Positions 35,703-45,949 of a stretch of 64,000 bases of DNA are shown here, piece by piece. Source of the stretch: Escherichia coli (GTDB lineage Bacteria > Pseudomonadota > Gammaproteobacteria > Enterobacterales > Enterobacteriaceae); the NCBI RefSeq assembly GCF_003790525.1, contig NZ_CP033635.1, one strand, 5' to 3'. The position numbers and the translations under genes are program-made. Each line of letters begins with the position of its first letter. Position 1 is the stretch's first letter. Below the pieces are notes generated by a model, which made no database searches, was not told the DNA's origin, and saw only the letters and a program-made list of their open reading frames with translations.

Positions 35703-36956
35703 ATGTCGTTTTGTTGGAAAGAAATTAACTCTGGTGTCAAGTCTTTAATTCTCATATTATGTATGTTGTCTTTAATGACTTTGTCTTTGTGGGATGATGT
35801 TGCAACAAAGTTTCTTCATGCAGCTGGAATTATATCTACATTATATTTTCTAGCGACAGCAAAAAAAACAATAACTAATAATCCTACTTTGTTAATTTTT
35901 ATCTCATTATGTCTTTTGGGTATCGTTAATATCATCTGGTATTCACATTATAAAGTTTCAGGCTCGGTTTATACCAATGCATATCGTGGCCCAATGGAAA
36001 CTGGAAAAATTGCCTTGTGTAGTGCTTTTATTTTCTTAGTTCTTTTTGCTAAAGATGAGATGAGAACAAAAATAAAATTTGGGAAACTAATTCTGTTCGC
36101 ATCCCTGGCAACGCAGTTACTTTTTTTTGCGCATGCCATGTGGCAACATTTCTATTTAAACGTAGACCGTGTTGCATTATCAGCTTCCCACGCTACAACA
36201 GCAGGCTACATCATCCTTTTCCCTTCTTTACTGGCATCAATTCTCATTTTAAAATGCGACTTTAGACATAAAACAACATTATATACAATTAACTTCATGC
36301 TTAGCTTATGTGCTGTCATAGTAACTGAAACGCGTGCAGCCATATTAGTGTTTCCATTCTTTGCGTTAATATTAATCGTAATGGATAGTTATATTAATAA
36401 GCGAATTAATTATAAGTTATATTGTTTTATTGCGATTGCATTATTAGCAGGTGTGTTTTCTTTTAAAGATACATTGCTTATGAGAATGAATGACTTAAAT
36501 AACGATTTAGTTAATTATTCGCATGATAACACCAGAACTTCAGTCGGTGCCCGTCTGGCAATGTATGAAGTTGGTTTAAAAACATATTCTCCAATAGGAC
36601 AATCACTGGAAAAACGCGCGGAAAAAATACATGAACTAGAAGAGAAAGAGCCTAGATTAAGTGGCGCTTTACCCTTTGTAGATTCTCATTTGCATAACGA
36701 TCTCATAGATACGTTATCAACGCGTGGTATTCCTGGAGTAGTATTAACAATTTTAGCCTTTTCAGCAATATTCATATATGCCTTAAGAACTGCTAAAGAA
36801 CCTTATATTTTAATCTTGCTTTTTTCACTACTGGTAGTAGGCCTAAGTGATGTAATACTCTTTTCTAAACCGGTTCCGACTGCTGTGTTTGTCACCATAA
36901 TATTGCTTTGTGCTTATTTTAAAGCACAATCGGACCAATGTTTATTAGATAAGTAA
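35703..36956 (+). CDS. waaL: O-antigen ligase
   Basis: 417 aa polytopic membrane protein with a large periplasmic loop; last gene of the waaQ operon. Confidence 0.75.
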   Translation: MSFCWKEINSGVKSLILILCMLSLMTLSLWDDVATKFLHAAGIISTLYFLATAKKTITNNPTLLIFISLCLLGIVNIIWYSHYKVSGSVYTNAYRGPMETGKIALCSAFIFLVLFAKDEMRTKIKFGKLILFASLATQLLFFAHAMWQHFYLNVDRVALSASHATTAGYIILFPSLLASILILKCDFRHKTTLYTINFMLSLCAVIVTETRAAILVFPFFALILIVMDSYINKRINYKLYCFIAIALLAGVFSFKDTLLMRMNDLNNDLVNYSHDNTRTSVGARLAMYEVGLKTYSPIGQSLEKRAEKIHELEEKEPRLSGALPFVDSHLHNDLIDTLSTRGIPGVVLTILAFSAIFIYALRTAKEPYILILLFSLLVVGLSDVILFSKPVPTAVFVTIILLCAYFKAQSDQCLLDK

Positions 36957-36970
36957 TGAATATGTGAAAT

Positions 36971-36994
36971 AAAATCAGCAAGGAAGCTGATTTT
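36971..36994. terminator. bidirectional terminator between convergent waaL and waaC
   Basis: AAAATCAGC-aaggaa-GCTGATTTT perfect hairpin with A/T flanks. Confidence 0.6.
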
Positions 36995-37025
36995 ATTTCA
37001 AAATTATCTATTAAAGAGTTGTAAT

Positions 37026-37997
37026 TTAAATCATGGCAGCGTTTTCTTCAATGAACCGCTTAACAGCATTTGCTGTCAATTGAGACAACTCATTCCCCGG
37101 AGCCCTACAAACCATCTGATTCTTCCCATACCCACCAATTAGTCCCGGATCGGTAGGTCCATAAACCGTGATATTGGGTCTATCCAGTGCCGCCGTTAAA
37201 TGGCTTAACCCCGTATCCACCGACACTACAAATTTAGCCCCAGCCAGTACGCGGGCAACGCCTTCCAGACTCATCTTCGGCAATACTTCAACATAAGCAA
37301 ATCCTTCCGCCAGTCGTTTCGCCCGTTCTTCCTCATGCGGCGCGCCCCACGGAAGTTTAATCCGTATTCCTGAATCAGCCAGTAAACCAATCAATTCTCG
37401 CCAGTGTTCTTCCGGCCAGTGTTTATCATCTCGGGTTGTTGCATGAAGAAATACGGCATATTCGCCAGCATCTGTAGGCAGGTTCGTCAGGAAATGCTGT
37501 GCGATAGCATAATCGCCCTGGGTTTGTGGTTTGCTATAGCCCAGACTTTTGGCAAACAGTTCGCGGGTGCGTTCTACGGCGTGCTGCTGTTTTGCAATAT
37601 GATGTTTACGATTGTAAAACAGGCTGGCTAACGGTTCGCGAGCGGTTTGCCAGTCCATTCCATGCTTTACGCCATGCGCCAGACGCGTCACCAGCGCTGC
37701 GCTTTTTACCAGCCCCTGAGCGTCGATAACTGCGTCATAATTCTCTGCTTGTAGCGTTTCACGAAACGCTTTGCGTTCAGCTTTTATGGGGGCCGAGAAC
37801 CAGGCTTTACGCCAGCGACGTATTGCCACAGGAATAACTCGCTCAACGGCGGCGTGCCAGGAAGGAATCTGTGTGAACCCTTCTTCCACCACCCAGTCAA
37901 ACTTAATCCCTGGGATTGCCTGCTGGGCATCAGTGAGTGCGGGCAGCGTATGGAGAACATCGCCCATCGACGATGTTTTAACGATCAGAACCCGCAT
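37026..37997 (-). CDS. waaC: LPS heptosyltransferase I (GT9)
   Basis: MRVLIVKTSSMGDVLHTLPALTDAQQAIPGIKFDWVVEE. Confidence 0.9.
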   Translation of the reverse strand: MRVLIVKTSSMGDVLHTLPALTDAQQAIPGIKFDWVVEEGFTQIPSWHAAVERVIPVAIRRWRKAWFSAPIKAERKAFRETLQAENYDAVIDAQGLVKSAALVTRLAHGVKHGMDWQTAREPLASLFYNRKHHIAKQQHAVERTRELFAKSLGYSKPQTQGDYAIAQHFLTNLPTDAGEYAVFLHATTRDDKHWPEEHWRELIGLLADSGIRIKLPWGAPHEEERAKRLAEGFAYVEVLPKMSLEGVARVLAGAKFVVSVDTGLSHLTAALDRPNITVYGPTDPGLIGGYGKNQMVCRAPGNELSQLTANAVKRFIEENAAMI

Positions 37998-38000
37998 CCG

Positions 38001-39047
38001 TCAGGCTTCCTCTTGTAACAATAGCGCGTTGAGTTCTTCCAGTACGCGCTGGGGAGTAATGTCGATCAAGCTCTGGTGATAACCCTCCGCTGCGTCACCT
38101 TTACGCACTTTGTGATAGCCGGTAATCAGGCGGATCACGCGTGCTTTATGGGATAGCGGCGGTGTGAAGTCCGGGCTACTCGGACCATACAAGGCAACCA
38201 GCGGACGATTGAGCGCCGCCGCAACGTGCATCAGGCCAGAATCGTTAGTGACAATGGCTTTACAGGCTGCAATCAGGATAACCGCTTGATCAAGCTGTGT
38301 TTCCCCTGCCAGGTTCCGGCACCATGCCTGCTGCTCAGTATTTAAAGCGGCAAGAATCTCATTGCCCGCTTCATGATCTTTCGCAGAGCCAAACAGAACC
38401 ACCTGATAACCTTCATCAATCAGCTGCTTTGCCAGCTCCGCATAGTGGTAGTGTGGCCAGCGTTTTGCCGGACCAAACTCCGCTCCGGGGCAAAAGCCAA
38501 TCATCGGACGTTCTGATGAGAGCGAAAATTGATTACAGGTATATGATTTTTCACCTTCGCTCACCTGCAACTGCGGCCATAACAATGGCTGCGGCAGATC
38601 TTGTGCTGTACGCATAATGCCTTTGTCATAGGCCAGCGCCACATAGCGTTCCACCATTAGCGGCCAGGCTTCTTTATCGAGCACGCGTACATCGTTAAGT
38701 AAACCGTAGCGCATCTCGCCGCGCCAGCCGGTGCGATGAGGAATACCCGCGAAGAAAGGCACTAATGCGGATTTGAAGGAGTTGGGTAAGACGTAGGCGC
38801 GGTCGTAGCGCTTTTCACGCAGACTATGACCCAGTTTGCGGCGTTCGCCGATTTCCAGCGCTCCGTGACCGAGAGGCATAGGGATCGCTTCGTTAACTTC
38901 CGGCATCCGCGATAATAATGGACGGCACCATGCCGGTGCCATCACGTCGATTATCGCCTGGGGATAGCGCGCCTGGAGCGTGCGATAGAGACTTTGCGAC
39001 ATCATCATGTCGCCAACCCAAGACGGGCCGATCACCAGTATTTTCAT
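38001..39047 (-). CDS. waaF: LPS heptosyltransferase II (GT9)
   Basis: 348 aa MKILVIGPSWVGDMMMSQSLYRTLQ. Confidence 0.9.
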   Translation of the reverse strand: MKILVIGPSWVGDMMMSQSLYRTLQARYPQAIIDVMAPAWCRPLLSRMPEVNEAIPMPLGHGALEIGERRKLGHSLREKRYDRAYVLPNSFKSALVPFFAGIPHRTGWRGEMRYGLLNDVRVLDKEAWPLMVERYVALAYDKGIMRTAQDLPQPLLWPQLQVSEGEKSYTCNQFSLSSERPMIGFCPGAEFGPAKRWPHYHYAELAKQLIDEGYQVVLFGSAKDHEAGNEILAALNTEQQAWCRNLAGETQLDQAVILIAACKAIVTNDSGLMHVAAALNRPLVALYGPSSPDFTPPLSHKARVIRLITGYHKVRKGDAAEGYHQSLIDITPQRVLEELNALLLQEEA

Positions 39048-39056
39048 GCAGAGCTC

Positions 39057-39989
39057 TTATGCGTCACGATTCAGCCAGGCCATGTATTCCGTTACGCCTT
39101 CGGCAACGGTTTTGAACGGTTTATCGTAACCCGCCGCGCGCAGATTCGTCAGATCTGCCTGCGTGAACGCCTGGTAGCGGCCTTTCAGTTTATCCGGGAA
39201 CGGAATGTATTCGATTTGGCCTTTCTTGTGATAAGCAAGTGTAGCATCTGCTACTGCCTGGAAGGATTCCGCACGACCGGTGCCGAGGTTGAAGATGCCG
39301 GAAACGCCATTTTCCAGGAACCACAGGTTTACATCTGCCACATCGCCCACATAGACGAAGTCACGTTTGAAGTTCTCGCTACCTTCGAACAGCTTCGGTG
39401 ATTCACCGTTATTAAGCTGGGTGTTGAGATGGAAAGCGACGCTCGCCATGCTGCCTTTATGGCCTTCACGCGGTCCATAAACGTTGAAATAACGGAAGCC
39501 AACAATCTGCGAGTTGGCTTCCGGCAGGATTTGGCGAACATATTCATCAAACAGGAACTTCGAATAACCGTAGACGTTAAGTGGTTTTTCGTACTCGCGG
39601 GATTCAATAAAGTCGGAAGTGCGTCCGCCGTAAGTGGCTGCAGAAGAAGCGTACAGCAACGGGATTTCGCGCTCCAGGCAGTAGTGCAGCAGCTCTTTGG
39701 AGTATTGATAGTTGTTATCCATCATATACTTGCCGTCCCACTCGGTGGTGGAAGAGCACGCGCCTTCGTGGAAAATCGCTTCGACATCGCCGAACTCTTC
39801 GCCAGCCATAATCTGGATCAGGAAGTCTTCCTTATCCATATAGTCCGCGATATCCAGATCCACCAGGTTCACAAACTTGGTGCCGTCTTTCAGGTTATCC
39901 ACCACCAGAATATCGGTGATGCCTTTGTCATTCAGGGCTTTAACGATGTTGCTGCCGATAAAGCCCGCGCCGCCGGTAACGATGATCAT
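39057..39989 (-). CDS. hldD: ADP-L-glycero-D-manno-heptose 6-epimerase
   Basis: 310 aa [23 protein letters not shown] (Rossmann NAD motif). Confidence 0.92.
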   Translation of the reverse strand: MIIVTGGAGFIGSNIVKALNDKGITDILVVDNLKDGTKFVNLVDLDIADYMDKEDFLIQIMAGEEFGDVEAIFHEGACSSTTEWDGKYMMDNNYQYSKELLHYCLEREIPLLYASSAATYGGRTSDFIESREYEKPLNVYGYSKFLFDEYVRQILPEANSQIVGFRYFNVYGPREGHKGSMASVAFHLNTQLNNGESPKLFEGSENFKRDFVYVGDVADVNLWFLENGVSGIFNLGTGRAESFQAVADATLAYHKKGQIEYIPFPDKLKGRYQAFTQADLTNLRAAGYDKPFKTVAEGVTEYMAWLNRDA

Positions 39990-40202
39990 AACTGTAACCT
40001 TCGAATTATGGAGTCAGAGACAATCTCAGACACGAATGCTTCTATCATATCACTACACGGCGTTGGCTTCAGCCATTCGCCAAAAGTGAGATTGATGGAC
40101 GTTATTTATCCTGAATTTTGCAGAAGTGTTAATGCGTCATCTCGTCGCGACCTATAAGTTTGGGTAATATGTGCTGGAATTTGCCCTGTCTGGAGAATCG
40201 CA

Positions 40203-41399
40203 ATGCGTGGAGAATTTTATCAGCAGTTAACCAACGATCTGGAAACCGCACGGGCGGAAGGGTTGTTTAAAGAAGAGCGCATTATTACGTCTGCGCAGCA
40301 AGCAGATATCACTGTGGCTGATGGAAGCCACGTCATTAACTTTTGTGCCAATAACTATCTCGGACTGGCGAATCATCCGGATCTGATTGCGGCGGCAAAG
40401 GCGGGAATGGATTCTCACGGTTTCGGCATGGCTTCGGTGCGTTTTATTTGCGGCACTCAGGACAGTCATAAAGAGCTTGAACAAAAACTGGCGGCCTTCC
40501 TGGGGATGGAAGATGCGATTCTCTACTCTTCCTGCTTTGATGCTAACGGTGGCCTGTTCGAAACGCTGTTAGGCGCGGAAGACGCCATTATCTCCGACGC
40601 ACTGAACCACGCGTCTATTATTGATGGTGTGCGTCTGTGTAAAGCTAAACGCTATCGTTATGCCAACAACGATATGCAGGAGCTGGAAGCACGTCTGAAA
40701 GAAGCGCGTGAAGCCGGTGCGCGTCATGTGCTGATTGCCACCGATGGTGTGTTCTCGATGGACGGCGTGATTGCCAACCTGAAAGGTGTTTGCGATCTGG
40801 CAGATAAATACGATGCCCTGGTGATGGTAGACGACTCCCACGCGGTCGGTTTTGTCGGTGAAAACGGTCGTGGTTCCCATGAATACTGCGAAGTGATGGG
40901 CCGGGTCGATATTATCACCGGCACGCTCGGTAAAGCGCTGGGCGGGGCTTCTGGTGGTTATACCGCGGCGCGCAAAGAAGTGGTTGAGTGGCTGCGCCAG
41001 CGTTCTCGTCCGTACCTGTTCTCCAACTCGCTGGCACCGGCCATTGTTGCCGCTTCCATCAAAGTGCTGGAGATGGTTGAAGCGGGTAGCGAGCTGCGTG
41101 ACCGTCTGTGGGCGAACGCGCGTCAGTTCCGTGAGCAAATGTCGGCGGCGGGCTTTACCCTGGCGGGAGCCGATCACGCCATTATTCCGGTCATGCTTGG
41201 CGATGCGGTAGTAGCGCAGAAATTTGCTCGTGAGCTGCAAAAAGAGGGGATTTACGTCACCGGTTTCTTCTATCCGGTCGTTCCGAAAGGTCAGGCGCGT
41301 ATTCGTACCCAGATGTCTGCGGCGCATACCCCTGAGCAAATTACGCGTGCAGTAGAAGCATTCACGCGTATTGGTAAACAACTGGGCGTTATCGCCTGA
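40203..41399 (+). CDS. kbl: 2-amino-3-ketobutyrate CoA ligase (glycine C-acetyltransferase)
   Basis: 398 aa PLP enzyme [32 protein letters not shown]. Confidence 0.92.
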   Translation: MRGEFYQQLTNDLETARAEGLFKEERIITSAQQADITVADGSHVINFCANNYLGLANHPDLIAAAKAGMDSHGFGMASVRFICGTQDSHKELEQKLAAFLGMEDAILYSSCFDANGGLFETLLGAEDAIISDALNHASIIDGVRLCKAKRYRYANNDMQELEARLKEAREAGARHVLIATDGVFSMDGVIANLKGVCDLADKYDALVMVDDSHAVGFVGENGRGSHEYCEVMGRVDIITGTLGKALGGASGGYTAARKEVVEWLRQRSRPYLFSNSLAPAIVAASIKVLEMVEAGSELRDRLWANARQFREQMSAAGFTLAGADHAIIPVMLGDAVVAQKFARELQKEGIYVTGFFYPVVPKGQARIRTQMSAAHTPEQITRAVEAFTRIGKQLGVIA

Positions 41400-41408
41400 G
41401 GATGTGAG

Positions 41409-42434
41409 ATGAAAGCGTTATCCAAACTGAAAGCGGAAGAGGGCATCTGGATGACCGACGTTCCTGTACCAGAACTCGGGCATAACGATCTGCTGATTAA
41501 AATCCGTAAAACAGCCATCTGCGGGACTGACGTTCACATCTATAACTGGGATGAGTGGTCGCAAAAAACCATCCCGGTGCCGATGGTCGTGGGCCATGAA
41601 TATGTCGGTGAAGTGGTAGGTATTGGTCAGGAAGTGAAAGGCTTCAAGATTGGCGATCGCGTTTCTGGCGAAGGCCATATCACCTGCGGTCACTGTCGCA
41701 ACTGTCGTGGCGGTCGTACCCATCTGTGCCGCAACACGATCGGCGTCGGCGTTAACCGTCCGGGCTGCTTTGCCGAGTATCTGGTGATTCCGGCGTTCAA
41801 CGCTTTCAAAATCCCCGACAATATCTCCGATGATCTGGCTTCCATTTTTGATCCCTTCGGTAACGCCGTGCATACCGCGCTGTCGTTTGATCTGGTGGGC
41901 GAGGATGTGCTGGTCTCTGGTGCAGGCCCGATTGGTATTATGGCGGCGGCGGTGGCGAAACACGTTGGTGCACGTAACGTGGTGATTACTGATGTTAACG
42001 AATACCGCCTTGAGCTGGCGCGTAAAATGGGTATCACCCGTGCGGTTAACGTCGCGAAAGAAAACCTTAATGATGTGATGACAGAACTGGGCATGACCGA
42101 AGGCTTTGATGTCGGTCTGGAAATGTCCGGTGCGCCGCCAGCGTTTCGTACCATGCTCGACACCATGAACCACGGCGGTCGTATTGCGATGCTGGGTATT
42201 CCACCGTCCGATATGTCTATCGACTGGACCAAAGTAATCTTTAAAGGCTTGTTCATTAAAGGTATTTACGGTCGTGAGATGTTTGAAACCTGGTACAAGA
42301 TGGCGGCGCTGATTCAGTCTGGCCTCGATCTCTCGCCGATCATTACCCATCGTTTCTCTATCGATGATTTCCAGAAGGGCTTTGACGCTATGCGTTCGGG
42401 CCAGTCCGGGAAAGTTATTCTGAGCTGGGATTAA
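41409..42434 (+). CDS. tdh: L-threonine 3-dehydrogenase
   Basis: 341 aa zinc alcohol-dehydrogenase family; [16 protein letters not shown]. Confidence 0.92.
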   Translation: MKALSKLKAEEGIWMTDVPVPELGHNDLLIKIRKTAICGTDVHIYNWDEWSQKTIPVPMVVGHEYVGEVVGIGQEVKGFKIGDRVSGEGHITCGHCRNCRGGRTHLCRNTIGVGVNRPGCFAEYLVIPAFNAFKIPDNISDDLASIFDPFGNAVHTALSFDLVGEDVLVSGAGPIGIMAAAVAKHVGARNVVITDVNEYRLELARKMGITRAVNVAKENLNDVMTELGMTEGFDVGLEMSGAPPAFRTMLDTMNHGGRIAMLGIPPSDMSIDWTKVIFKGLFIKGIYGREMFETWYKMAALIQSGLDLSPIITHRFSIDDFQKGFDAMRSGQSGKVILSWD

Positions 42435-42442
42435 CACGAACA

Positions 42443-42466
42443 AGGGCTGGTATTCCAGCCCTTTTG
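42443..42466 (+). terminator. Rho-independent terminator after tdh
   Basis: AGGGCTGG-tatt-CCAGCCCT followed by TTTG. Confidence 0.6.
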
Positions 42467-42672
42467 CCTGAGGAAAATCCGTTAAATATGTAAAATCCTG
42501 TCAGTGTAATCAAGATATCGTAATTGCGCTGATCTCTTATATAGCTGCTCTCATTATCTCTCTACCCTGAAGTGACTCTCTCACCGGTAAAAATAATATC
42601 TCACAGGCTTAATAGTTTCTTAATACAAAGCCTGTAAAACGTCAGGGTAACTTCAGAGATCGTTGGTAATTT

Positions 42673-43707
42673 ATGATGAACAGCACTAATAAACTAAGTG
42701 TTATTATCCCGTTATATAATGCGGGCGATGATTTCAGCGCTTGCATGGAATCTTTAATCGCGCAAACCTGGACTGCTCTGGAAATCATTATTATTAACGA
42801 TGGTTCAACGGATAATTCTGTTGAAATAGCAAAGCATTACGCAGAAAACTATCCGCACGTTCGTTTGTTGCATCAGGCGAATGCTGGCGCATCGGTGGCG
42901 CGTAATCGTGGGATCGAGGTGGCGACGGGCAAATATGTCGCTTTTGTCGATGCTGACGATGAGGTGTATCCCACCATGTACGAAACGCTGATGACCATGG
43001 CGTTAGAGGACGACCTCGACGTGGCGCAGTGCAACGCTGATTGGTGTTTTCGTGAAACGGGTGAAACCTGGCAATCCATCCCTACCGATCGCCTTCGCTC
43101 AACCGGTGTATTAACCGGTCCGGACTGGCTGCGGATGGGGCTTTCTTCCCGCCGTTGGACACACGTGGTCTGGATGGGGGTTTATCGCCGCGATGTTATT
43201 GTTAAAAATAACATTAAATTTATTGCCGGATTACATCATCAGGATATTGTCTGGACAACAGAATTTATGTTTAACGCGCTGCGTGCGCGATATACCGAGC
43301 AATCATTATATAAATATTATCTGCATAATACGTCAGTGAGTCGGTTGAACAGACAAGGGAACAAAAACCTTAATTATCAACGTCACTATATTAAGATTAC
43401 CCGCCTGCTGGAGAAATTAAATCGAAATTATGCCGACAAAATTACGATTTATCCGGAATTTCATCAGCAAATAACCTACGAAGCATTGCGTGTTTGCCAT
43501 GCGGTGCGCAAAGAGCCGGATATTATTACCCGCCAACGGATGATTGCCGAGATATTTACTTCCGGTATGTATAAGCGCCTGATTACCAATGTGCGCAGCG
43601 TGAAGGTGGGTTATCAGGCGTTACTGTGGTCTTTCCGCTTATGGCAATGGCGCGACAAAACGCGGTCGCACCATCGCATTACGCGTAGCGCCTTTAATTT
43701 GCGCTAG
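42673..43707 (+). CDS. waaH: GT2-family glycosyltransferase WaaH (YibD)
   Basis: 344 aa; GT2 motifs SVIIPLYN, INDGSTDNS, DADDE. Confidence 0.8.
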   Translation: MMNSTNKLSVIIPLYNAGDDFSACMESLIAQTWTALEIIIINDGSTDNSVEIAKHYAENYPHVRLLHQANAGASVARNRGIEVATGKYVAFVDADDEVYPTMYETLMTMALEDDLDVAQCNADWCFRETGETWQSIPTDRLRSTGVLTGPDWLRMGLSSRRWTHVVWMGVYRRDVIVKNNIKFIAGLHHQDIVWTTEFMFNALRARYTEQSLYKYYLHNTSVSRLNRQGNKNLNYQRHYIKITRLLEKLNRNYADKITIYPEFHQQITYEALRVCHAVRKEPDIITRQRMIAEIFTSGMYKRLITNVRSVKVGYQALLWSFRLWQWRDKTRSHHRITRSAFNLR

Positions 43708-44653
43708 CGTTAAGCTTCGCCGCTTGAGGCTGTTTGCCCCAGCCTTGCCACTGATGCTGGAAGTAAACGATCAGCGTGCTCTGGCTGATGCTTTCGCTTA
43801 ATACTTCAAAGAAGCGATTAGCATAAACAGGTTCCAGCGGCTTCTTCGGTTTGCACAGCTTCACGCCACGGAATGGATTACGCGGTGTGTCGGGCACAGT
43901 GTTTTTCGGCGGTGTAGACGTATCAACCTGCGGTTCATTCAACAAGCTGCTGGCTTTCACCAGCGTAATGTCTGGCGGCAGGTTATAAACCATCTGTTGT
44001 AGCACGCGTACCGTTGAAGGGTGAGGATGTCCAATGGCAATGGTTGAACCGTTGCGACGCGCCAGGTCAATTGCGCGATTGAATTGCACACGGATGTCCG
44101 CTTCATTTTGCGAATCGTCGAGGAACACCTTCCGTTTGATCACCTTCACGCCAGTGCCTTGCGCGGCGCGCATCGCCTGGGTATTACCGATGGTTACGCT
44201 GTCGAGGAAGTAAAGATTGTAACGCTCCAGCGCCTGCATCACTTTCTGCATACCAAACAGGTTAGAGGTCATCTTGCTGCCCATGTGGTTGTTGATCCCC
44301 ACGGCATAGGGCACGTTATTGACCGCACTACGAATAATGCGCTCAATTTCGTCGCTGCTCATCTCCGGGCGTAGCGTATTTTTCTCCAGCGGCTGTTTAC
44401 TCAGTGGTGCCATCGGTAGATGAATCAACACTTCGTGACCGCTGTTATGCGCTTTGGTCGCCATCTCTCTGGCGTGCGGTGAATCGGGTAATACAGCGAC
44501 GGAGATAGCGGAAGGCATCGCCAGCACCTGGTTTTCGTTGTGCGGGCGATACCCAAAATCATCAATGACGATGGCAAGTTTGCCAGCAATTACGGGGGAG
44601 GAGAGCGCCAACAGAGCGGCAAATGCAAGAACGTTACGACGAAATGGAAACAA
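43694..44653 (-). CDS. yibQ: divergent polysaccharide deacetylase family protein YibQ
   Basis: 319 aa with signal peptide; 3' end overlaps the waaH 3' end by 14 bp (convergent). Confidence 0.8.
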   Translation of the reverse strand: MFPFRRNVLAFAALLALSSPVIAGKLAIVIDDFGYRPHNENQVLAMPSAISVAVLPDSPHAREMATKAHNSGHEVLIHLPMAPLSKQPLEKNTLRPEMSSDEIERIIRSAVNNVPYAVGINNHMGSKMTSNLFGMQKVMQALERYNLYFLDSVTIGNTQAMRAAQGTGVKVIKRKVFLDDSQNEADIRVQFNRAIDLARRNGSTIAIGHPHPSTVRVLQQMVYNLPPDITLVKASSLLNEPQVDTSTPPKNTVPDTPRNPFRGVKLCKPKKPLEPVYANRFFEVLSESISQSTLIVYFQHQWQGWGKQPQAAKLNASAN

Positions 44654-44656
44654 AAC

Positions 44657-45916
44657 TTATCTTCCCAACCACGGCTGTGGATTGACCGCCTGACCCTGGC
44701 GGCGAATTTCGAAATAGAGTGAAGGCCGACCCTGACCGCCACTGCTGCCCACCAGTGCAATTGGCTGGCCCGCGCGAACCTGCGAACCAACGCTCACCAG
44801 TGCGCTCTGATTATAGCCGTAAAGACTCATGTCGCCTTTACCGTGCTCAACCACCACCACCAGACCGTAGCCTTGCAGCCAGTCAGCCAGAATCACCCGG
44901 CCGTCGGCAATCGCTTTAACTTCAGTACCTTCAGAGGCACCAATCACCATCCCTTTCCAGCGTAATTCACCCTGTAGCTGTTCGCCATAGCGATGCAGCG
45001 TTGGCCCGCGAACTGGCCAGAATGCCTGACCGCGCGGTGCGCCCAGACCACCGGTACGGGACATCAGCGATTTTTCGCTTTCGGTCGGCTTGTAGGTGGT
45101 GCCTTTGCGCGTCGCTTCTTTCTGGCGGTCGCGAACCGCCTGGGCTTCGCGCGCTTCACGTTCAGCACGCGCTTTCGCCGCAGCTTCCGCACGGGCAATG
45201 CTGTTACGCAGGCGGGATTCGTTGGCGCGCAGCTCGCTCAACTGTTGCTGACCTTGCTGGATGGAAGACTCCAGCCCTGCCAGCGTCTTTTTACGCTCGC
45301 TCAACGCCTGGGTCAGCTTCGCCTGTTGGGCGCGCTGCTCATATAAAAGCGTTTGTTGCTCGCTCTGTTTCTCTTCCAGTTCGGCACGCTGCATAGCGAC
45401 TTCTTCACGCGTTTGTTTCAACTGAGCAATGGTTTCTTGTCGCGCCTGGTTGAGATAGCCGAAATAAGCCTGTAACCGCTGCCCACGCTGGCTTTCTTCA
45501 CCGCTGAGAATCAGCTGAATACCGGTATGTTCACCCTGACGAAACGCGGCATCCAGTTGCGCGGCGAGGCTGCGCTCCTGGGCGGCTTTTTGCTGCTCCA
45601 GTTTGGCAATCGACGCGTTCATCTCATCAATCTGTTTATTCAGTTGATTAAGCGTGTTTTGCGTTTCGCGCAGTTTACGGGTGGCTTCAGAGATCGCTTC
45701 TTCCTGCTTTTTCAATTGTGCGAGCAGGCTTGCGCGTTGTTGTTGCTTTTGGCGTACCGCGCGCTCTTTCGCGGCGATGTCAGCCTGAATGGATTTGAGT
45801 TGGTCACGCTCATCCGCGTGGGCGGAAAAGGCGCACAACAATACGCCAGCGCTCAGAACGCTGGCGTAGATGATGGGCCTGATTGCAAACCTGCGCGGTT
45901 TCACGGCCCGTGTCAT
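44657..45916 (-). CDS. envC: murein hydrolase activator EnvC (coiled-coil plus LytM domain)
   Basis: 419 aa from MTRAVKPRRFAIRP; long Q/A/E-rich coiled coil then a degenerate LytM domain. Confidence 0.85.
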   Translation of the reverse strand: MTRAVKPRRFAIRPIIYASVLSAGVLLCAFSAHADERDQLKSIQADIAAKERAVRQKQQQRASLLAQLKKQEEAISEATRKLRETQNTLNQLNKQIDEMNASIAKLEQQKAAQERSLAAQLDAAFRQGEHTGIQLILSGEESQRGQRLQAYFGYLNQARQETIAQLKQTREEVAMQRAELEEKQSEQQTLLYEQRAQQAKLTQALSERKKTLAGLESSIQQGQQQLSELRANESRLRNSIARAEAAAKARAEREAREAQAVRDRQKEATRKGTTYKPTESEKSLMSRTGGLGAPRGQAFWPVRGPTLHRYGEQLQGELRWKGMVIGASEGTEVKAIADGRVILADWLQGYGLVVVVEHGKGDMSLYGYNQSALVSVGSQVRAGQPIALVGSSGGQGRPSLYFEIRRQGQAVNPQPWLGR

Positions 45917-45949
45917 GGTATTAATCGCCTTTCCCCTCATGGGGAGGGA

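Noticed and set aside
40569-42443. Long - strand ORFs (270 aa and 341 aa)
   Set aside because: Antisense to kbl and tdh, whose identities are unambiguous; shadow ORFs.
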